From the NCBI GenBank assembly GCA_046761065.1, contig JBHIFL010000109.1:1-11812 (forward strand): a DNA stretch of 11,812 nt. Direction: 5' to 3'. The notes below the pieces were generated by a model. That model made no database searches. It was not told where the DNA came from and saw only the letters and a list, made by a program, of their open reading frames with translations. Made by a program: the position numbers and the translations under genes. This document shows positions 7,178-11,812 of the stretch, in pieces; position 1 is the stretch's first letter, and each line of letters starts with the position of its first letter. Origin of the DNA: Candidatus Heimdallarchaeota archaeon (lineage in GTDB: Archaea > Asgardarchaeota > Wukongarchaeia > Wukongarchaeales > JBHIFL01).

Positions 7178-7513
7178 ATGAAACAGATAAAAGCATTTAT
7201 TCGTCCCAATATGAGAGATGAAGTTATCGATGCAATCGAAAGTCTTCCCCATGTTCCGGGCCTCACGGTGAGTGAGGTCCGCGGATGGGGGCATCCGAAG
7301 GGTGGAGGTCCAGCAGAACTGACGATACGCGTTAAATTGGAAATTATAGTTTCGGATGATGAGGTGGAAATGGTGGTGGACTGTATTGTAACACATGCCC
7401 GTACAGGCGAAGGCCATTTTGGAGACGGAACTATTTTTATCTCTCCGATCAACGAAGCTGTGCGGATAAGGAACGGTGATCGGGGAGAACAGGTTGTCCG
7501 GCCTAAGGAGTAG
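7178..7513 (+). CDS. PII-family (GlnB/GlnK-like) protein of the metal-efflux-associated type
   Basis: AGGAG RBS. Motifs MKQIKAFIRP, GLTVSEVRGWG, KLEIIV and ARTG..GDG.IFISP...AVRIR.G..GE. T-loop short and lacking the uridylylated Tyr. Confidence 0.92.
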   Translation: MKQIKAFIRPNMRDEVIDAIESLPHVPGLTVSEVRGWGHPKGGGPAELTIRVKLEIIVSDDEVEMVVDCIVTHARTGEGHFGDGTIFISPINEAVRIRNGDRGEQVVRPKE

Positions 7514-7542
7514 AGTTTGCGGAAGATTTATATAGGGAAGAG

Positions 7543-9690
7543 ATGAGTGACAAAAAAGAAACCATCATGAAAATCAGAGGAAAAGAAAGCTGTCTGCGTT
7601 TGTATGTGGAAGGAATGGACTGCAGTGATGAGGCTTCAATTATCGAGAAAAGATTGGGCAACTTTGAGGGAATCGAGGATATTAAATTCTATTTAGTCTC
7701 CCGGGAATTAGAAGTTAAATATGATCCCAAGGTTATCAAGCCTTCTGAGATAATCTCTTCAATAAATCAGATCGGTATGAAGGCGAGCATAAAGGCCACA
7801 AGCAGGGATGAAATAACCTTTTGGGAGAAAAGAAAACATTTGATATCAACAGTGGCTTCAGGTGTTCTCGCCCTTACTGGAATTGTTCTTTCAAGATTAG
7901 AAATTAGCCAAAACATAACCATTCCAATTTTCGTATTAGCCATAATAAGCGGAGGCTTTTATATCGCCCGTAAAGGTATTGCTGCCTTACGCACTTTCGG
8001 CCTGGATATAAACTTTCTGGTGAGTGTTGCGGTCATTGGCGCGGCATTAATTGGAGAATGGATTGAGGCAGCTGTGGTCGTATTTCTTTTCTCTCTTGCC
8101 CAGTTGTTAGAAACGTATTCAATGGATCGAGCCAGGAATGCAATCCGCTCCTTAATGGAGCTCTCACCCCAAAGGGCTTTGGTTAGAAGAGATGGCCAAG
8201 AGGAAGAAGTTGATGTCAACCTGGTCAAAATTGGTGAAGAAATTATCGTAAAACCAGGAGAAAAAATTCCGCTGGATGGTAAGGTTATCAAGGGTAATTC
8301 ATACGTCGATCAGTCCCCGATAACTGGCGAGTCAATGCCTGTTGAGAAAAAGCCGGGAGATATGGTATTTGCTGGGTCTATCAATCAAAAGGGTTCGATG
8401 GAAGTAAGAATAACACACGCGGCAAGAGACACGACTTTAGCCAGGATTATCCACATGGTAGAAGAAGCCCAGGCCCAAAAAGCTCCCTCACAGAGTTTTG
8501 TCGATAAATTCGCTAAATATTACACGCCAGCAGTTGTTACAAGTGCAATTCTAGTGGCTACTGTTCCTGTCTTATTTTTTAATCAACCATTTATGGACTG
8601 GATATATAGAGCCTTAGTGCTTTTGGTTATTTCATGTCCCTGCGCCTTGGTGATATCTACTCCTGTTTCTATTGTCGCTGGTCTAAGCCAGGCAGCGAGG
8701 AAAGGAGTGCTCATTAAAGGAGGAGTTCATCTGGAAAATGCGGGGAAATTAAAGGCTTTGGTCTTTGATAAGACAGGGACCCTTACCAAAGGAAAAGCTG
8801 AGGTCATCGATATTATTCCTCTAAACAATCATAACAAAGATCAAGTTTTAAGAATAGCAGCCGGTATCGAATCAAGGTCAGAGCATCATTTAGCCCAGGC
8901 TATTCTGACAAAGGCAGAAGAGTGGAAATTGAAAATTCCAGAGCCTTCTGATTTTCATTCCATTACCGGCAAAGGTGCTCGAGCGAAAATCGATGGGGAA
9001 TGTTTTTACATAGGAAGTCATAGGCTTTTTGAGGAAAAAAAATTCTGTACCCCTGAGCTTGACCAGAAAATGGGAGAGCTGGAAAAGGAAAGTCAATCCG
9101 TGGTCATTGTTGGCAATTCAAATCGAGCCCTTGGCATTATCGTCATCTCAGATGCGATACGACCTAATGGCAAACCAACTATTGATGAGCTGCGCAATCT
9201 CGGCATCCGGGAAATTGCAATGCTTACGGGTGATAATCAGGGCACTGCCAGGGCTATTGCAAAAAAACTGGGAATTGACGCATTTAATGCCGAACTCTTA
9301 CCTCAAGACAAGGTGAAAGCTATCAAGGATTATCTGAAAAAATACGATAAATTGGCAATGGTAGGCGATGGAGTTAATGACGCTCCTGCTCTAGCAACTT
9401 CAACAATAGGCATTGCCATGGGAACAGCGGGAACGGATGCAGCTTTGGAGACAGCGGACATTGCTCTTATGAACGATGATTTGTCAGGGGTTCCATTTGT
9501 TATAAGCTTAGGCAAAAAAGCTCTCTGGATTATCAAAGAAAATATTTCCCTGGCTTTATTAATCAAGGCTGTTTTCTTTGCCTTAGCCATACCAGGATTG
9601 GCTACATTATGGATGGCTGTTTTTGCAGATATGGGTGCTTCACTTATCGTCATATTTAATGGAATGAGGTTATTTAAATTTGGGAGATAA
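7543..9690 (+). CDS. cadA: Heavy-metal translocating P-type ATPase, P1B-2 (Cd/Zn/Pb; CadA/ZntA-like)
   Basis: N-terminal HMA domain (GMDCSDE), TGES, SCPCAL, DKTGTLT, MLTGDN and GDGVNDAP. TM7 Lys (LLIKAVF) and TM8 Asp (FADMG) are diagnostic of P1B-2. Confidence 0.95.
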   Translation: MSDKKETIMKIRGKESCLRLYVEGMDCSDEASIIEKRLGNFEGIEDIKFYLVSRELEVKYDPKVIKPSEIISSINQIGMKASIKATSRDEITFWEKRKHLISTVASGVLALTGIVLSRLEISQNITIPIFVLAIISGGFYIARKGIAALRTFGLDINFLVSVAVIGAALIGEWIEAAVVVFLFSLAQLLETYSMDRARNAIRSLMELSPQRALVRRDGQEEEVDVNLVKIGEEIIVKPGEKIPLDGKVIKGNSYVDQSPITGESMPVEKKPGDMVFAGSINQKGSMEVRITHAARDTTLARIIHMVEEAQAQKAPSQSFVDKFAKYYTPAVVTSAILVATVPVLFFNQPFMDWIYRALVLLVISCPCALVISTPVSIVAGLSQAARKGVLIKGGVHLENAGKLKALVFDKTGTLTKGKAEVIDIIPLNNHNKDQVLRIAAGIESRSEHHLAQAILTKAEEWKLKIPEPSDFHSITGKGARAKIDGECFYIGSHRLFEEKKFCTPELDQKMGELEKESQSVVIVGNSNRALGIIVISDAIRPNGKPTIDELRNLGIREIAMLTGDNQGTARAIAKKLGIDAFNAELLPQDKVKAIKDYLKKYDKLAMVGDGVNDAPALATSTIGIAMGTAGTDAALETADIALMNDDLSGVPFVISLGKKALWIIKENISLALLIKAVFFALAIPGLATLWMAVFADMGASLIVIFNGMRLFKFGR

Positions 9691-9691
9691 A

Positions 9692-9976
9692 ATGAAAATA
9701 GAATCTAAACAATTATCCTCTGTAATAAATGACTTGCTGGAGGGCGCTTTTAAGATGCATGCTTCAAATGTAGTCCGTAAAGAAGCATTTGATCTTAATG
9801 ATAGTTTTTTTATTCTTCTTTTTGGAGATTTTTTAGGCCTTCCGAATCCTTTCTCCTATTATGCCCTGGAGCTGCTTCCGTATTTAGCAGATGAACTTGA
9901 ATCCTGGGAAAGAAGGATTCTGGCAAGAAAAAGTATTATTGCTGAGAAGTTCGGACAGTATGATTTTTGCTGTTAG
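9692..9976 (+). CDS. Small 'CC-star'-type protein (cory-CC-star-like), C-terminal Cys-Cys
   Basis: ATG 9692 is 1 nt after the ATPase stop, with GGGAG RBS at 9682-9686; 94 aa. Core LLFGDFLGLPNPFSYYALELLPYL...ESWERR and terminal DFCC-stop. Lies directly before an ArsA-family ATPase. Confidence 0.8.
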   Translation: MKIESKQLSSVINDLLEGAFKMHASNVVRKEAFDLNDSFFILLFGDFLGLPNPFSYYALELLPYLADELESWERRILARKSIIAEKFGQYDFCC

Positions 9977-9987
9977 GTTTTAAAAGA

Positions 9988-10947
9988 ATGTTCTTTGAGA
10001 AAATGGCTGAACGAAATTTTATATTTTTTGCTGGCAAAGGCGGTACAGGGAAAACTACCTGCAGCGCCTGTTTTGCTTTGAATTTAGCCAAGAAAGAGAG
10101 CAAAACACTCCTGGTTTCAACAGATATGGCTCACTCCCTTTCTCATATTTTTGAGAGGAAGATTGGAGATAAAGAGAAAAAGATAGCGCATAACCTATGG
10201 GCAATCGAAATAGATCCTCAAAAAGAAGCGAAGAGATATATGAAAAGAATAAAAGATGCAATCGGTGAAGTAGTAAGCAGCGTGATAGTGGAGGAAATAA
10301 AAAAGCAAATTGATGCTGCTTATCTTTCTCCAGGAGCAGAAGAAACAGCTATATTCGATAAATTCATTGAGCTTATGAAAAAGATTAACAATCCTTATAC
10401 AAAAATTGTCTTTGATACTGCTCCTACCGGCCATACCCTCCGTCTTTTAACCTTGCCTGAGCTTATGGAAGACTGGATTGAAAAACTGCTCAAAAAAAGA
10501 CTTCAGGTAATGAAGTTAATGAAAATGGCCTCGAGGATAGATGAGGCGCTTAGAGAAAAAGTCAAGCACGATCCCATAATTGAGATATTGAATAAAAGAA
10601 AAGAAAAACTAACCTTAGCAAGAAATTATTTGCTAGATAAAGAAAGTAGCTGTTTCATATTTGTTTTAGATGCGGAGAGGCTGTCAATATTAGAGACAGC
10701 TGAAGCAATCTCACTTCTGAAAAGCCATGGAATTTTTGTTGATGGAATTATAGTCAATAAGATACTGCCTCCTACTAAAGATAAATTTTTTACAAAAAGA
10801 AAGAAGCTACAGGAAGAATGCCTCAAAGAAATTAAATCAAAATTTAAAGGTCTGTTTCTGGGATATTTTCCACTTTTAGAATCAGATATTCAGGGAAGAG
10901 AAGTTTTAACAAAAATGAAATTCCAGCCTTATTGGAAAAATCCATAA
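9988..10947 (+). CDS. Single-domain ArsA/GET3/TRC40-family ATPase
   Basis: Deviant Walker A GKGGTGKTT, STDMAHSL, EIDP, SPGAEE, signature DTAPTGHTLRLL and IVNK. About 319 aa, i.e. one nucleotide-binding domain. Start ATG 9988 (10003 possible). Confidence 0.93.
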   Translation: MFFEKMAERNFIFFAGKGGTGKTTCSACFALNLAKKESKTLLVSTDMAHSLSHIFERKIGDKEKKIAHNLWAIEIDPQKEAKRYMKRIKDAIGEVVSSVIVEEIKKQIDAAYLSPGAEETAIFDKFIELMKKINNPYTKIVFDTAPTGHTLRLLTLPELMEDWIEKLLKKRLQVMKLMKMASRIDEALREKVKHDPIIEILNKRKEKLTLARNYLLDKESSCFIFVLDAERLSILETAEAISLLKSHGIFVDGIIVNKILPPTKDKFFTKRKKLQEECLKEIKSKFKGLFLGYFPLLESDIQGREVLTKMKFQPYWKNP

Positions 10948-10958
10948 GGGGAAGTTAA

Positions 10959-11780
10959 ATGAAAAAATATTTGCTTATATTCGTGATTTTGAGTTTGGCT
11001 TTTTGCAAAGGAGAAAATGCATCAAACCATAAGATTAATCTTTCTGGTGTGATATCTTTAAATCAAAACAAAACCACTGATATTTCCTCCCTTGTCGAAG
11101 GAAAAGTTTTTTCTTTATTGGTTGATTTGGGAGATAGGATTCAAAAAGGGCAAACCCTTCTTTTGCTTAATTCTCGTGAATTTTCTCAAGCGAAAGCAGA
11201 TTTTTTCCGATCTTTGACTAATTTGAACATAGTTCGCAAAGAATTTGAAAGAGCTATATTATTATTAAAAAAGAAGGATATTGAAGACGAGGAATTTTTA
11301 AGAATAAAAGATGAATATTCTAAAGCCATGAATCATTATGACGCTTCTAAGTCTAATCTTCTCTCATTAGGACTTGTGGATTCTCAAATAGAATCGTTAA
11401 TAAATAAGCATGAATCTTTTAAGAAGAAGTTAAATTTATCTAAATTATGTGAGCCATATTTATCTATCATTTCTCCAATTTCCGGAACAATCATATTCAG
11501 AGATTTCATCATCGGAGAACAAGTTGAGGCCGAAAAAATACTTTTCACAGTATCGGATTTATCCTGTTTATGGGCAGTTTTTGATGTTAGAGAAAAAGAT
11601 TTGCCTTTTATAAAAATAGGGAGTGAGGTGAGAATAAAATCCACACTGTATCCAGACAAAGAATTTGAAGGAAAAATTACTTACATAAGCAACAAGATTG
11701 ATGATAGATTGAAAACTTCAAAGATCAGAGCAGATGTTAATAATGAGAATAATTTATTACCCAGGTTTGACAGTTTATAG
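10959..11780 (+). CDS. Second CzcB-like RND adaptor (MFP), compact, lacking the membrane-proximal domain; frameshifted in the last beta-strand (possibly degenerate)
   Basis: Signal peptide with Cys16 (SLAF-C), SSLVEGKV...GDRIQKGQTL, alpha-hairpin, IISPISGTII, VSDLSCLW and FEGKITYIS. The expected LxPG-motif continues in the +1 frame at 11761-11790 (PGLTVYRYI-stop). Confidence 0.8.
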   Translation: MKKYLLIFVILSLAFCKGENASNHKINLSGVISLNQNKTTDISSLVEGKVFSLLVDLGDRIQKGQTLLLLNSREFSQAKADFFRSLTNLNIVRKEFERAILLLKKKDIEDEEFLRIKDEYSKAMNHYDASKSNLLSLGLVDSQIESLINKHESFKKKLNLSKLCEPYLSIISPISGTIIFRDFIIGEQVEAEKILFTVSDLSCLWAVFDVREKDLPFIKIGSEVRIKSTLYPDKEFEGKITYISNKIDDRLKTSKIRADVNNENNLLPRFDSL

Positions 11781-11812
11781 GTATATTTGAACTCATATGG
11801 AAAAGTCACCGA

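Larger units (their letters stand above)
14..11812. mobile_element. Putative integrated genomic island (left junction plus metal-resistance cargo); right end outside the window
   Basis: Truncated tRNA at the left edge, adjacent IHF-like sites and phased repeats, accessory metal-resistance cargo and mosaic GC. No integrase is in the window, so this is inferred. Confidence 0.45.

Noticed and set aside
9968-9976. Selenocysteine or stop read-through at the Cys-Cys tail
   Set aside because: The codons are TGC TGT TAG, with no in-frame TGA and no evident SECIS-like hairpin.
9988-10947. Arsenic resistance (ars) operon
   Set aside because: No arsB, acr3, arsC or arsD. The ATPase is single-domain and the repressor has Zn/Cd-type sites.
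1068-11659. Numerous 60-160 aa antisense and alternate-frame ORFs (e.g. 5163-5636, 5108-5467, 7106-7417, 7165-7452, 7959-8291, 9330-9653)
   Set aside because: They lie within or across well-supported genes, show no recognisable motifs, and are typical shadow ORFs.
1-11812. CRISPR array, IS element or integrase
   Set aside because: No regularly spaced repeats, transposase or recombinase ORF, or terminal inverted repeats were seen.

Overview
The window holds a single, tightly packed + strand heavy-metal resistance gene cluster from a diderm (outer-membrane) bacterium. Gene order: ArsR/SmtB metal-sensing repressor; Cys/His-rich exported leader protein; TolC/CzcC-type outer membrane factor; CzcB-type adaptor; CzcA-family HME-RND pump; PII-like protein; P1B-2 (CadA/ZntA-type) ATPase; small 'CC-star' protein ending Cys-Cys-stop; single-domain ArsA/GET3-family ATPase; and a second, compact adaptor with a frameshift in its last strand. 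The cluster begins about 340 bp downstream of a tRNA-Leu(TAA) 5' half that breaks off just after the anticodon loop. That fragment is followed by IHF-like sites and phased short repeats, the picture expected at the junction of an integrated island. The most unusual points are (i) a CC-star + ArsA module, which I know as a CstA-associated pair, apparently recruited without CstA into a metal-efflux operon, (ii) a possible metal-responsive leader ORF whose last codons are complementary to the czcC ribosome-binding site, and (iii) the 5'-type tRNA att junction. All family calls come from motif recognition by eye; no searches were run.
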